From positions 4,050,001 to 4,082,000 of the forward strand of contig NZ_LN831024.1 in NCBI RefSeq assembly GCF_001457615.1: a stretch of DNA of 32,000 bases, given 5' to 3'. This DNA comes from Pseudomonas aeruginosa (GTDB taxonomy: Bacteria; Pseudomonadota; Gammaproteobacteria; Pseudomonadales; Pseudomonadaceae). The position numbers were made by a program, and so were the translations under genes. A model generated the notes under the pieces. That model was not told the origin of the DNA. It made no database searches and saw only the letters and a list, made by a program, of their open reading frames with translations. The first letter of the stretch is position 1. Every line of letters begins with the position of its first letter. Below are positions 7,871 to 21,435 of this stretch, one piece after another.

Positions 7871-8601
7871 TTTCCATCAAGAATGTCAGCAAGTGGTATG
7901 GCGACTTCCAGGTCCTGACCGACTGCTCCACCGAGGTTGCGAAAGGCGAAGTGGTGGTGGTCTGCGGGCCGTCGGGCTCGGGCAAGTCGACCCTGATCAA
8001 GTGCGTCAACGCACTGGAACCCTTCCAGAAGGGCGACATCGTCGTCGACGGCACCTCCATCGCCGATCCGAAGACCAACCTGCCCAAGCTGCGCTCGCGG
8101 GTCGGCATGGTGTTCCAGCATTTCGAGCTGTTTCCCCACCTGAGCATCACCGAGAACCTGACCATCGCGCAGATCAAGGTACTCGGCCGCAGCAAGGAAG
8201 AAGCCACCAAGAAGGGCCTGGCCCTGCTCGAGCGCGTCGGTCTCAAGGAGCACGCGCACAAGCACCCCGGCCAGCTCTCCGGCGGCCAGCAGCAGCGCGT
8301 GGCGATCGCCCGCGCGCTGGCGATGGACCCGGTGGTGATGCTGTTCGACGAGCCGACCTCGGCGCTCGACCCGGAAATGGTCAACGAAGTGCTCGACGTG
8401 ATGGTCCAGCTGGCCCACGAAGGCATGACCATGATGTGCGTGACCCACGAGATGGGCTTCGCGCGCAAGGTCGCCAACCGGGTGATCTTCATGGACCGCG
8501 GGCAGATCGTGGAAGACTGCGAGAAGGAGGAGTTCTTCGGCGACGTCAGCGCCCGCTCCGAACGTGCCCAGCAGTTCCTCGCCAAGATCCTCCCGCACTG
8601 A
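7867..8601 (+). CDS. aatP: ABC transporter ATP-binding protein
   Basis: Walker [10 protein letters not shown], signature LSGGQQQR, Walker [12 protein letters not shown]. 244 aa. Confidence 0.95.
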   Translation: MISIKNVSKWYGDFQVLTDCSTEVAKGEVVVVCGPSGSGKSTLIKCVNALEPFQKGDIVVDGTSIADPKTNLPKLRSRVGMVFQHFELFPHLSITENLTIAQIKVLGRSKEEATKKGLALLERVGLKEHAHKHPGQLSGGQQQRVAIARALAMDPVVMLFDEPTSALDPEMVNEVLDVMVQLAHEGMTMMCVTHEMGFARKVANRVIFMDRGQIVEDCEKEEFFGDVSARSERAQQFLAKILPH

Positions 8602-8677
8602 TGTACCCGCCCTCGCCGGCCCGCCCGGCGGGGCCTGCTCCACCCTCGCCTGCGATAACAATAAATAGGGAAAGCCC

Positions 8678-11525
<2,848 letters not shown>

Positions 11526-11574
11526 GTGAACCCTTCCGGCGCCGCCTGCCGGCCGTGCCGGAAAACCGCCCGCT

Positions 11575-11596
11575 CCGCCGCCCATCGTGGCGGCGG
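11575..11596 (+). terminator. hairpin in the ansB-aauS spacer (weak terminator/attenuator candidate)
   Basis: CCGCCGCC (11575-11582), loop CATCGT, GGCGGCGG (11589-11596). A second inverted repeat, TTCCGGC...GCCGGAA, lies just upstream. No T-tract follows. Confidence 0.3.
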
Positions 11597-11620
11597 GCTG
11601 GCCTAGCCGCGACGACTGTG

Positions 11621-13518
11621 ATGGAATCCCCCGACCCGCCCTGCAGCGTACCTCCGTCACTGACCGTGAAGCCCCGCCTCGTCCGCCAGTTGCTGCTCCC
11701 CATTCCCCTGCTCCTGCTGATGCTCGGCTTCGGCTACGGCGGCTACCGGATCAGCGAGAGCGCCGGCATCCGTGCCCTCGCCGAGAATGGCGAACGCCAG
11801 CTGGAGCTGCATGCGCGGACGGTCGAGAGCGAGATCAGCAAGTACACCTACCTGCCCAGCCTGCTGGAGCTGGAGCGCAGCGTCAGTCACCTGCTCACCG
11901 ACCCGACGCCATACCGGCGCAACCAGGTCAACGCCTACCTCGAAGGCCTCAACCGCCGCGCCGGCAGCCGCGCGGTGTACCTGCTGGACACCAACGGCCG
12001 GGTCCTGGCCACCAGCAACTGGAGCGACCCGGACAGCTACCTCGGCGAGGACCTGTCGTTCCGCGCCTACTGGCAGGACGCGATGAAGGGCAAGCCGGGC
12101 CGCTTCTACGGCATCGGCAGCACCCGCGGCGAGCCGGGCTACTACCTGGCCCACGGCCTGGTCCACGGCGGCCGGATCATCGGCGTGGCGGTGGTCAAGG
12201 TGAAGATGGACGCCCTCGAGGAACGCTGGGAGAAGGCGCGCCTGGAAGCCTTCGTCAGCGACGAGAACGGCATCATCATCCTCTCCAGCAACCCCGCCCT
12301 GCGCCTGAAGGCGGTGCGCTCCCTGAGCGCCGACGACAAGGAGCGCCTGGCGCGCAGCATGCAGTACTACTGGTGGGCGCTGAACGAGTGGCAACCGCTG
12401 CAGCGCGAGCCGCTGGCCGCCGGTGTGGAGAAGCTCAGCTTCCCCGCCGATGAGCAGCATCCGCGCGGCGAAGCGGTCACCTACCTGGCGCAGACCCGCG
12501 CGCTGAACGACACACCGTGGAACCTGACCCTGCTCAGCCCGCTGGAAGACCTGCGCCGCGACGCGGTACGCAACGGCATGCTGGCCGCCATCGGTTTCGC
12601 CCTCCTGGCATTCCTGCTGATCGCCTGGAACGAGCGGCGCAAGGTACTCGCCACCCGCCTCGCCGCGCGCGAGGCGCTGCAACGGGCCAACGGCGAGCTG
12701 GAAGTGAAGATCGCCGAACGTACCGCCGACCTGCAGGCCAGCAACGCACGCCTGACCGCCGAGATCCACGAGCGCCAGCAGGCCGAGGACACCCTGCGCA
12801 AGGCCCAGGACGAACTGGTCCAGGCCGGCAAGCTGGCGGTGATCGGGCAGATGTCCACCAGCATCGCCCACGAACTCAACCAACCGCTGGCGGCGCTGCG
12901 TACGCTGTCCGGCAACACCGTGCGCTTCCTCCAGCGCGGCAAGCTGGAGACCGCCAGCACCAACCTCGCCACCATCAACGAACTGGTCGACCGCATGGGC
13001 CGCATCACCGCCAGCCTGCGTGCCTTCGCCCGGCGCAGCGACGACGCCGGCCAGGCCAGCCTGGCCAAGGCGGTGGACGCGGCGCTGCTGATCCTGCACG
13101 GGCGCCTGGAGCAGGACCCGCCGACCCTGCACCGGCATTTCGACGACGTGCGCCTGGGCATCGACCAGACCCGCCTGGAACAGATCCTGGTCAACCTGCT
13201 GGCCAACGCCCTCGACGCCATGAGCGGGCAGGCCGACCGCCAGCTCTGGCTGGAAGGCCGGCGCGAGGAGGAGCGCTACGTCCTGCGCGTGCGCGACAAC
13301 GGCCCCGGTATCCCGCCGGCGGCGCGCGTCCACCTGTTCGAACCCTTCTTCACCACCAAGCCCGGCGAACATGGCCTGGGCCTCGGCCTGACCCTCTCGG
13401 CCAGCCTGGCCACCGCCGCCGGCGGCAGCCTCAGCGTGCAGCACCCCGAAAGCGGCGGAACCGCCTTCGAGCTGAGCCTGTCCCTGGTTCCCGATTCCCC
13501 GACTGCGAGTCCCGCCCG

Positions 13519-13522
<4 letters not shown>
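11621..13522 (+). CDS. aauS: sensor histidine kinase of the acidic amino acid utilisation two-component system (DctB-like)
   Basis: In-frame ATG at 11621 of ORF 11066..13522; the upstream part overlaps ansB. Two TM segments flank a ~270-aa periplasmic domain. H-box SIAHELNQPL and ATPase boxes NLLANALDA, DNGPGI, GLGLGL are present. Confidence 0.85.
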
Positions 13523-14844
<1,322 letters not shown>

Positions 14845-14859
14845 GCCGGGGGCCCTCTT

Positions 14860-14884
14860 CGCCCTGCCCACCTGGCGCAGGGCG
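14860..14884 (+). terminator. hairpin after aauR
   Basis: CGCCCTGC (14860-14867), 9-nt loop, GCAGGGCG (14877-14884). The T-tract is poor. Confidence 0.3.
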
Positions 14885-14927
14885 CGATGCTTCATCCGAC
14901 ATTTCTCACCCGCCTGCGATTCCGCTC

Positions 14928-14956
14928 GGCGGATAACGCCGGGGGCGTTATCCGCC
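14928..14956. repeat. REP-like perfect palindrome GGCGGATAACGCC-GGG-GGCGTTATCCGCC
   Basis: 13-bp perfect arms with a 3-nt loop. The right arm is followed by CTAC, as in enterobacterial REP (..CTTATCCGGCCTAC). Only one copy is present in this window. Confidence 0.6.
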
Positions 14957-15151
14957 CTACCCGCCTGACGCAGCGCGTCATAGGCCATTCCTCCTCCCTC
15001 GGTGCGCCCGCGCTATCCGGGCATTCATGAATTGAACTCAAGTGTCATTTTCCCCGGCAGCTGTTTTTCGCACGAATCGTTCCGCCAATAATGCGCCCAC
15101 CTTCTTCCAGTACGCCGCGCCGCGGCCGGCCTCACGAGCGAGATCGCCATC

Positions 15152-16264
15152 ATGCTGTTCAGCCCCTATGCCCTTGGCCACCTGACCCTCCCCAATCGCA
15201 TCGTCATGCCGCCGATGGCCCGTTCCCGCGCCGCCAGTGGCGAAGTCGCCACCGCGCTGATGGCCGAGTACTACAGCCAGCGCGCCGGCGCCGGCCTGAT
15301 CGTTTCCGAAGGCACCCAGATCAGCCGGCAGGGCCAGGGCTACGCCTGGACACCGGGCATCCACAGCGCCGAGCAGGTCGCCGGCTGGCGCCAGGTCACC
15401 GACGCGGTGCACGCCGCCGGCGGGCGCATCTTCGCCCAGCTCTGGCACGTCGGCAGGGTCTCGCACACCTCGCTGCAACCGGGCAACGCCGCCCCGGTGT
15501 CCTCCTCGGCGCTGGTGGCCGAAGGCGTGAAGGTCTTCGTCGATCCCCAGGGCCGCGGAGCGCAGGCCGGCGGCGGCGAGATGGTCCAGCACTCGGCGCC
15601 GCGCGCACTGGCCGTGGAGGAAATCCGGGAGATCGTCGCCGACTATGCCCAGGCCGCACGCAACGCCCTCGACGCCGGCTTCGACGGGGTCGAACTGCAC
15701 GGCGCCAACGGCTACCTGATCAACCAGTTCATCGACTCCCAGGCCAATGCGCGCAACGACCAATACGGCGGCTCGCTGGAGAACCGCCTGCGCTTCCTCC
15801 GCGAAGTCGCCGAGGCGGTCACCGCGGTGGTCGGCAGGGAGCCCATCGGCGTGCGCCTGGCGCCGCTGACCACCCTGCAGGGCGCGGTCGACGACACCCC
15901 GCAAGCCACCTACCTGGCCGCGGCGCGGCTACTGGACGAGATCGGCGTGGCCTACATCCACATCGCCGAGGCCGACTGGGAAGACGCCCCGGCCATGCCG
16001 GCGGCGTTCAAGGAAGCGTTGCGCATCGTCTACCGTGGCAGCCTGATCTACTCCGGCATGTACACCAAGGCGCGCGCCGAGGAAGCCCTGGCCAGGGGCT
16101 GGGCCGACCTGATCGGCTTCGGCCGGCCGTTCATCGCCAACCCCGACCTGCCCTACCGCCTGGAGCACGACCTGGCGCTGGCCGACGGCGACCGCTCGAC
16201 CTACTTCGGTGGCGGCGCCGCCGGCTACACCGACTACCCGAGCCTGCCGCAGGCGGCCGGTTGA
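15152..16264 (+). CDS. NADH:flavin oxidoreductase, Old Yellow Enzyme family (NemA/XenB-like)
   Basis: 370 aa. The N-terminus LFSPYALGHLTLPNRIVMPPMARSRA and the motifs GFDGVELHGANGYL and RLAP are typical of OYE. Confidence 0.9.
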   Translation: MLFSPYALGHLTLPNRIVMPPMARSRAASGEVATALMAEYYSQRAGAGLIVSEGTQISRQGQGYAWTPGIHSAEQVAGWRQVTDAVHAAGGRIFAQLWHVGRVSHTSLQPGNAAPVSSSALVAEGVKVFVDPQGRGAQAGGGEMVQHSAPRALAVEEIREIVADYAQAARNALDAGFDGVELHGANGYLINQFIDSQANARNDQYGGSLENRLRFLREVAEAVTAVVGREPIGVRLAPLTTLQGAVDDTPQATYLAAARLLDEIGVAYIHIAEADWEDAPAMPAAFKEALRIVYRGSLIYSGMYTKARAEEALARGWADLIGFGRPFIANPDLPYRLEHDLALADGDRSTYFGGGAAGYTDYPSLPQAAG

Positions 16265-16272
16265 ACCCCCTA

Positions 16273-16305
16273 GCCGACCGGACCGCGAGCGCGCGGCCGG
16301 TTGGC
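16273..16305 (+). terminator. interrupted 14-bp hairpin after the OYE gene
   Basis: GCCGACCGG-a-CCGCG, loop AGCG, CGCGG-CCGGTTGGC. No T-tract follows. Confidence 0.3.
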
Positions 16306-16458
16306 GAAACATGCCGCCACAACCTCGCCTTTGGTCGACTAGAACCCACGGCTGGCGGGACCTAGACTCAATTCGCCAGATATTCATTATTAATAGGCCT
16401 GATTTCCTGGACAGGGGGGACCACCGATAGCATCGAGGAACATTTCGAGGAATCCGCC

Positions 16459-16665
16459 ATGAGCAAGTCCCTGATCGTCTCCCTGGCCGCCAGCCTGGTC
16501 GTCCTGACCGGTTGCGCCAACCCGCCGCGCAGCGTCGAACGCCCCTACAGCGACGCCGAAATCAAGTCCTACGCCCTCGACAGCCTGGAACGCAGCGACC
16601 TCTCGCCGAAGCGCCTCGACCAGTACCGCAGCGTGCTCGGCACGCCGCACCGGCAGACCCTGTAG
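16459..16665 (+). CDS. small lipoprotein of unknown function
   Basis: 68 aa with GAGGAA 7 nt upstream. Signal peptide with lipobox (SLVVLTG-C). Confidence 0.7.
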   Translation: MSKSLIVSLAASLVVLTGCANPPRSVERPYSDAEIKSYALDSLERSDLSPKRLDQYRSVLGTPHRQTL

Positions 16666-16670
16666 CGCCT

Positions 16671-17294
16671 TCAGACGGGGCGCCGCCAGACGCTCGCCAG
16701 CCAGGGCTGCTGCTCGCGCGGCAGGCCCGGCGGCCGGTAGTAGTGCTCCAGCTCGACGAAACCGGCTTCCTCCAGCAGGCGTTTCCAGGCCGGGTAATCG
16801 TGGTAGGCACCGTAGCGTTGGCCATTCCAGCCCTCGCGGTTGTCGCCGCGCGGGTTGGAGCTGAACAGCACGCCGCCCGGTCGCAGCGCTTCGAAGAGTT
16901 CGCCGAGCACCCGCGGCAAGGCGCTGCCGGGCACATGGAACAGGCTGGCGTTGGCGAAGATGCCGTCGAAGTGCCCAGCCGGCAGTCGCAGCGCCAGGAA
17001 ATTCTGTTGCCATACCTCGCAACCGCTGTCGGCCCTGGCCATCTCGACGAAGCGCGGCGTGCCTTCGAGTCCCACCGGCTGGTGGCCGAGGCGGCGGAAG
17101 GTGGCCAGGTCGCGCCCGGGACCGCAGCCGAAATCGAGGATCCGGTACGGCGGCGGCCCGTCGATTTGGCGCAGCAGCGCCTCGACGTTCTGGCTCACGT
17201 CGTGGCCGCGGGTGCCCTCGCGGAAGCCTTCGGCGTTGCGCTGGTAGTCGGCCAGGGTGGTGGCGGTGATCGCGTCGAAATCCTCGGTGCTCAT
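16671..17294 (-). CDS. class I SAM-dependent methyltransferase
   Basis: Internal ATG at 17294 of ORF 16671..17978. The upstream part of that ORF is Arg/Ser-rich and implausible as protein. SAM motif I ILDFGCGPGRD is present. 207 aa. Confidence 0.8.
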   Translation of the reverse strand: MSTEDFDAITATTLADYQRNAEGFREGTRGHDVSQNVEALLRQIDGPPPYRILDFGCGPGRDLATFRRLGHQPVGLEGTPRFVEMARADSGCEVWQQNFLALRLPAGHFDGIFANASLFHVPGSALPRVLGELFEALRPGGVLFSSNPRGDNREGWNGQRYGAYHDYPAWKRLLEEAGFVELEHYYRPPGLPREQQPWLASVWRRPV

Positions 17295-17450
17295 GTCTGC
17301 TCGCAGTGGCGGGGTTCCGCCCAGTCTAGCGCCGGCACGGGTTTCGCCTAAGGTTTTGTAATAGTTTCCCGCTGTGGCGAGGGCCCGCGACACAGTAGGA
17401 TCGAATTCCCTTTGACTCTCAATGGCCATCATGACCACCCTTTCGGAGCC

Positions 17451-17550
17451 CCCCAGTCGTCCTTCCGGACAACCCTCCCCGCTTCGCCTTCGCCACCTGC
17501 GTCCGCCCCTCGACGCCGAATCCCTCGCCTCGTCGCCCTCCGTCACCGCC
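17451..17550 (+). promoter_or_regulatory. C-rich, G-poor tract in the leader of the TerC-CBS gene (candidate Rho utilisation site)
   Basis: My hand count over these 100 nt is about 55 C, 18 G, 18 T and 9 A. The tract lies inside the proline-rich uORF 17422..17613, whose TAA sits immediately after the GGGAGG Shine-Dalgarno of the downstream gene. Confidence 0.3.
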
Positions 17551-17619
17551 GGCTGCCGCAGCCGCGCCGTGCAGCGTCGCGCCAGCGCGACGGCCAGCCG
17601 GACCGGGAGGTAAGCGCAC

Positions 17620-19167
17620 ATGGAATGGATAGCTGACCCGACTGCCTGGCTCGGCCTGGCGACCCTGATCGTGCTGGAGATCGTCCTCGGCATCGACAAC
17701 CTGGTGTTCATCGCGATCCTCGCCGACAAGCTGCCGCCGCACCTGCGCGACCGCGCCCGGGTCCTCGGCCTGTCGCTGGCGCTGCTGATGCGCCTGGGCC
17801 TGCTGGCGAGCATCTCGTGGATGGTGACCCTCACCGAGCCGCTGTTCGAGGTATTCGGCAAGAGCTTCTCCGGCCGCGACCTGATCATGCTGTTCGGTGG
17901 CGTGTTCCTGCTGTTCAAGGCCACCATGGAGCTGCACGAACGCCTCGAAGGCCATGTCGCCCAGCACGCCGGCAACAAGACCTACGCGCTGTTCTGGCCG
18001 ATCGTCGCGCAGATCGTGGTGCTCGACGCGGTGTTCTCGCTCGACGCGGTGATCACCGCGGTGGGCATGGTCGAGCACCTGGAAGTGATGATGATCGCGG
18101 TGATCGTCTCCATCGGCCTGATGATCGTCGCCAGCAAGCCGCTGACCCGCTTCGTCAATCGTCACCCGACGGTGATCATGCTGTGCCTGGGCTTCCTGAT
18201 GATGATCGGCTTCAGCCTGACCGCCGAGGGCCTGGGCTTCCATATCCCGAAAGGCTACCTGTACGCGGCCATCGGCTTCTCGATCCTCATCGAGGTGTTC
18301 AACCAGGTCGCCCGCAAGCGCCGCAAGAAGAGCCTGCAGGGCCACCGCCCGCTGCGCGCGCGTACCGCCCATGCGGTGCTGCGCCTGCTCGGCGGCCAGC
18401 GCCTGGAGGCCGACGAGGTCGGCGAGGAAGTCGCCGACCTGTTCGAGGAGGGCGACGACCAGGTGGTCTTCGACCGCCGCGAGCGGGTGATGATCAGCGG
18501 CGTGCTGCAATTGGCCGAGAAGCCCATCCGCAGCCTGATGACGGTACGCGCCGAGGTCGACTGCATCGACCTCGACAGCGGCCGCGAGGCGATCCGCGCG
18601 GCGCTGCTCGAATCGTCCTACTCGCGCCTGCCGCTGGTGCGCGACGGGCGCGTCGAGGAGCCGCTGGGCTACGTGCACAAGAAGGAACTGCTCAAGGAGC
18701 TGCTCGCCGGCGCCCAGCCGGACCTGGAAAGCCTGGCCCGCCAGCCGCTCAACCTGTTGCAGGACTGCTCGATCCTCAACGCCCTGGAGCAGATGCGCGA
18801 GGCCTCGACCCACGTGGCCTTCGTGGTCAACGAGTTCGGCGAGTTCATCGGCCTGCTGACCCTGACCGACATTCTCGAATCCATCGCCGGCGAGCTGCCC
18901 GACGCCAGTGAGATCGACGGTCCGGACGTGGTCGAGGAGAACGACGGCTATCTGGTCAGCGGTGCCATGAACCTCAGCCAGGTGCGTCGACGCGTGGGGT
19001 TCGACGCGCGCGCCACGGAGGACTACCAGACCCTCGCCGGGCTGGTGATGAGCCTGCTCGACCGCCTGCCGGTGATCGGCGACCGCCTGCAGTGGCAGGA
19101 CTGGGAGCTGCGGGTGGTGGAAGTGGAAGAACGCCGGGTGACCCGGGTCCTGCTGCGCAGGGGCTGA
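17620..19167 (+). CDS. TerC-family integral membrane protein with C-terminal CBS pair and CorC/HlyC domain (YoaE/YegH-like)
   Basis: 515 aa with GGGAGG 9 nt upstream. The N-terminal half is multi-TM with the TerC motif ([14 protein letters not shown]). The C-terminal half has CBS-type and CorC_HlyC-type sequence (DGYLVSG...LAGLV...RLP). Confidence 0.9.
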   Translation: MEWIADPTAWLGLATLIVLEIVLGIDNLVFIAILADKLPPHLRDRARVLGLSLALLMRLGLLASISWMVTLTEPLFEVFGKSFSGRDLIMLFGGVFLLFKATMELHERLEGHVAQHAGNKTYALFWPIVAQIVVLDAVFSLDAVITAVGMVEHLEVMMIAVIVSIGLMIVASKPLTRFVNRHPTVIMLCLGFLMMIGFSLTAEGLGFHIPKGYLYAAIGFSILIEVFNQVARKRRKKSLQGHRPLRARTAHAVLRLLGGQRLEADEVGEEVADLFEEGDDQVVFDRRERVMISGVLQLAEKPIRSLMTVRAEVDCIDLDSGREAIRAALLESSYSRLPLVRDGRVEEPLGYVHKKELLKELLAGAQPDLESLARQPLNLLQDCSILNALEQMREASTHVAFVVNEFGEFIGLLTLTDILESIAGELPDASEIDGPDVVEENDGYLVSGAMNLSQVRRRVGFDARATEDYQTLAGLVMSLLDRLPVIGDRLQWQDWELRVVEVEERRVTRVLLRRG

Positions 19168-19173
19168 GCGAAG

Positions 19174-19197
19174 CGGCGGCCGCCGATCCGGCCGCCG
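19174..19197. terminator. hairpin between convergent genes (possible bidirectional terminator)
   Basis: CGGCGGCCG (19174-19182), loop CCGATC, CGGCCGCCG (19189-19197). Confidence 0.3.
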
Positions 19198-19222
19198 TCC
19201 TCCCCGGCGCAGCGGCAGACCG

Positions 19223-20002
19223 CTACAGGCGGCGCTGCCAGGCCTGCGCCTGCTCGTCCTTCACCACCTCGACGAAAGCTTCCGGCAACAGGGTGCGGAA
19301 CGGGCCTTCGTCAGCCTCGGCCAGCTCGACCATCCGCGCGATCATTTCCTCCGGATCGTACTGCTCGAAGGGAAAGCGCACGCCGCTGTGGTCGGTGAAG
19401 TGGCGCTGCGGGTCGTACCAGCGTTTCCAGGTTTCCATCATGCGATCGTTGAAGCCGGTCTGGTACGGGCCGGGATTGATGGTGCCAACCTGGATGCCGA
19501 ACGGCTTCAGTTCGGCATGCAGGGCCTCGGCGAAGGCCTCCAGGGCATGCTTGGAGGCGCAGTAGGGGCCGGTATAGGGTCCGGTGATCAGGCCGGCGAT
19601 GGACGACACGAAGAGCACCTTGCCGCCACGCTTCTGCTCGACCATGCGCCGGACGAAACCCTGGGTCAGTTCCAGGTTGGCGAACACGTTGGTCTCGAAC
19701 AGCGCGCGCACCAGTTCCAGCGGGATCTCCGCGCTGGCCCCGGCCTCGGCGCTGCCGGCGTTGTTCAGCAGCACGTCGATATCCCATTCCCAGGCGCGTT
19801 CGCGATCGGCGGCGACGGTGATGTCGAGGGTTTCCACCCGCAGCGGGACGCCACGCCGCCCGGCCTCTTCGCGCAGGTCGGCGGCCTGCCCGGCGCCGCG
19901 CACGCCGGCGATCGTCCGATGGCCGCGGGCGGCCAGGCGCAACGCCACTTCCCGACCGAAGCCGCTGCCGGCCCCGGTCACCAGGATTCGCTTCTGTTTC
20001 AT
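19223..20002 (-). CDS. short-chain dehydrogenase/reductase (SDR)
   Basis: Internal ATG at 20002 of ORF 19223..20176, with AGAGG upstream. Motifs: TGAGSGFG cofactor motif, NNAG, and YCASK catalytic Y-x3-K. Confidence 0.9.
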   Translation of the reverse strand: MKQKRILVTGAGSGFGREVALRLAARGHRTIAGVRGAGQAADLREEAGRRGVPLRVETLDITVAADRERAWEWDIDVLLNNAGSAEAGASAEIPLELVRALFETNVFANLELTQGFVRRMVEQKRGGKVLFVSSIAGLITGPYTGPYCASKHALEAFAEALHAELKPFGIQVGTINPGPYQTGFNDRMMETWKRWYDPQRHFTDHSGVRFPFEQYDPEEMIARMVELAEADEGPFRTLLPEAFVEVVKDEQAQAWQRRL

Positions 20003-20007
20003 CTCGA

Positions 20008-20424
20008 TTACCTCTGGATTGTTGCCATGGCCACGGCGGCCTCGGCGATGGATTGGTCCTGGGCCGCGCTGGCGCCGGAGACGCCGATGCCACCCAGGCA
20101 GGAACCGCCGGCATCGCCCAGCGGCATGCCGCCGGCGAAGCAGGCCAGCCCGCCGTTGCTCTGCTCGATGCTCCACAACGGCTGGCCCGGCCCGGCGAGT
20201 CGGCCCAGCTCGCCGCTGGGCAGGCGGAACAGCGCGGCGCTGCGCGCCTTGCGCTGGGCCAGGTCGATGGCACCGGGAACGCTGTCGTCCATCCGTACGA
20301 ACGCCAGCAGGTTGGCATGGGCGTCGACCACCGCGACGCAGACCGCCAGGCGCTGCCGCTGCGCTTCGGCAATGGCCGCCGCGATGCAGCGTTGGGCATG
20401 TTGCAGAGACAGGTGGGTAGACAT
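20008..20424 (-). CDS. GlcG/HbpS-like (DUF336) heme-binding-type protein
   Basis: ORF 20008..20439. I prefer ATG 20424 because GAGGA lies 8 nt upstream. GGG(I/V)G-type motif (CLGGIGVSGA). It ends 5 nt before the SDR start, so the two probably form an operon. Confidence 0.8.
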   Translation of the reverse strand: MSTHLSLQHAQRCIAAAIAEAQRQRLAVCVAVVDAHANLLAFVRMDDSVPGAIDLAQRKARSAALFRLPSGELGRLAGPGQPLWSIEQSNGGLACFAGGMPLGDAGGSCLGGIGVSGASAAQDQSIAEAAVAMATIQR

Positions 20425-20523
20425 GGCCGGCGTCCTCATCGAGTGCTTGCGGGCCAGTCTAGAAAGGTCGAAGCTTTAACAGAACCGGCCTTCTCCTACG
20501 TAGACTTTCAAGTTTTTCTAACA

Positions 20524-21432
20524 ATGAATCGACGCGATCCCCTCGCCGGCCTGCATGTCTTCAGGCAGGTCGCCGACACCGGCAGCTTCACCCGCGCCGC
20601 CGCCCTGCTCGGGGTGACGCCGGCAGCGGTGAGCCAGGCGATCAACCAACTGGAAGCCGAGCTGCGTCTCAAGCTGTTCCACCGCACCACCCGCGGGGTC
20701 AGCCTGAGCGAGGCCGGGCAGCGCTACCACGAACAGACCGAACAGCCCTACCGCGACCTGGTGCGCGCCCGCGAAGCGCTCGGCGAAAGCCTCGCGGAAC
20801 CCTCCGGGCAGCTGCGCATCAGCGCCCTGCACCTGGCGAAGAACCTGGTGATCGCACCGATGCTCAACGAGTTCGTGCGACGCTACCCGAAGGTACAACT
20901 GGAGATCCGCTACGAGGACCAGTTGGTGGATATCGTCAGGGAACGACTGGATGCCGGCATCCGCCTGGCCGACGCCCTGCAGCCGGGCATGGTCGGGGTG
21001 CAACTGACAGCGCCGCTGGCGTGCCTGCTGGTGGCCACTCCGACCTACCTCGCCGAGTACGGTACGCCGGCCAGCGTCGCCGACCTCGATGGGCATGCCG
21101 CCGTGCGCTTCCGTTTCCCGCGCAGCGGCCGCCTGCACAAGTGGCGCTTGCGGGAAGACGGGCGGGAACTGGAAGTGGACCTGCCGGCACGCTTCGTCAG
21201 CACCGACACCGAGACGATCATCGAGGCGGCCCGCGCCGGCGCAGGGATCGCCCAGGCATTCATCCGCGAGCGAGTCGCCGCGGACCTCGCTGCCGGGCGC
21301 CTGGTGGAAGTGCTGCCTGGCAGTTGCCTGCCGCTGCCGCCGATGTGGCTGTATTACCTGAACCGCCGCCACGTACCGGCCAAGCTGCGCGCCTTCATCG
21401 AACTGCTACGCGAGTGGCGGCAGCCGGCCTGA
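20524..21432 (+). CDS. LysR-family transcriptional regulator
   Basis: In-frame ATG at 20524 of ORF 20053..21432. N-terminal wHTH (FRQVADTGSFTRAAALLGVTPAAVSQAINQLE). Divergent from the GlcG-SDR operon. Confidence 0.9.
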   Translation: MNRRDPLAGLHVFRQVADTGSFTRAAALLGVTPAAVSQAINQLEAELRLKLFHRTTRGVSLSEAGQRYHEQTEQPYRDLVRAREALGESLAEPSGQLRISALHLAKNLVIAPMLNEFVRRYPKVQLEIRYEDQLVDIVRERLDAGIRLADALQPGMVGVQLTAPLACLLVATPTYLAEYGTPASVADLDGHAAVRFRFPRSGRLHKWRLREDGRELEVDLPARFVSTDTETIIEAARAGAGIAQAFIRERVAADLAAGRLVEVLPGSCLPLPPMWLYYLNRRHVPAKLRAFIELLREWRQPA

Positions 21433-21435
21433 ACC

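Noticed and set aside
11534-11566. The TTCCGGC-N16-GCCGGAA inverted repeat after ansB as an AauR binding site.
   Set aside because: Its half-sites (TTCCGG) and spacing differ from TTCGG-N4-CCGAA. It is more simply a GC-rich 3' hairpin of ansB.
16209-16430. The 73-aa ORF spanning the OYE 3' end and the downstream spacer.
   Set aside because: It overlaps the OYE coding sequence out of frame, is Arg/Pro-rich, has no SD, and runs through the terminator-like hairpin.
17422-17613. The 63-aa ORF in the TerC leader as a bona fide protein-coding gene.
   Set aside because: It has no Shine-Dalgarno and no recognisable domain, and its composition is dictated by the C-rich tract. It is kept only as a possible regulatory uORF (see findings).
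17295-17619. A yybP-ykoY (Mn2+) riboswitch upstream of the TerC-family gene.
   Set aside because: TerC-family genes are often preceded by this riboswitch. I could not find the conserved GGGGAGUAG-type and paired conserved loops by eye; the leader is instead C-rich and G-poor. An Infernal search would be needed to exclude it formally.
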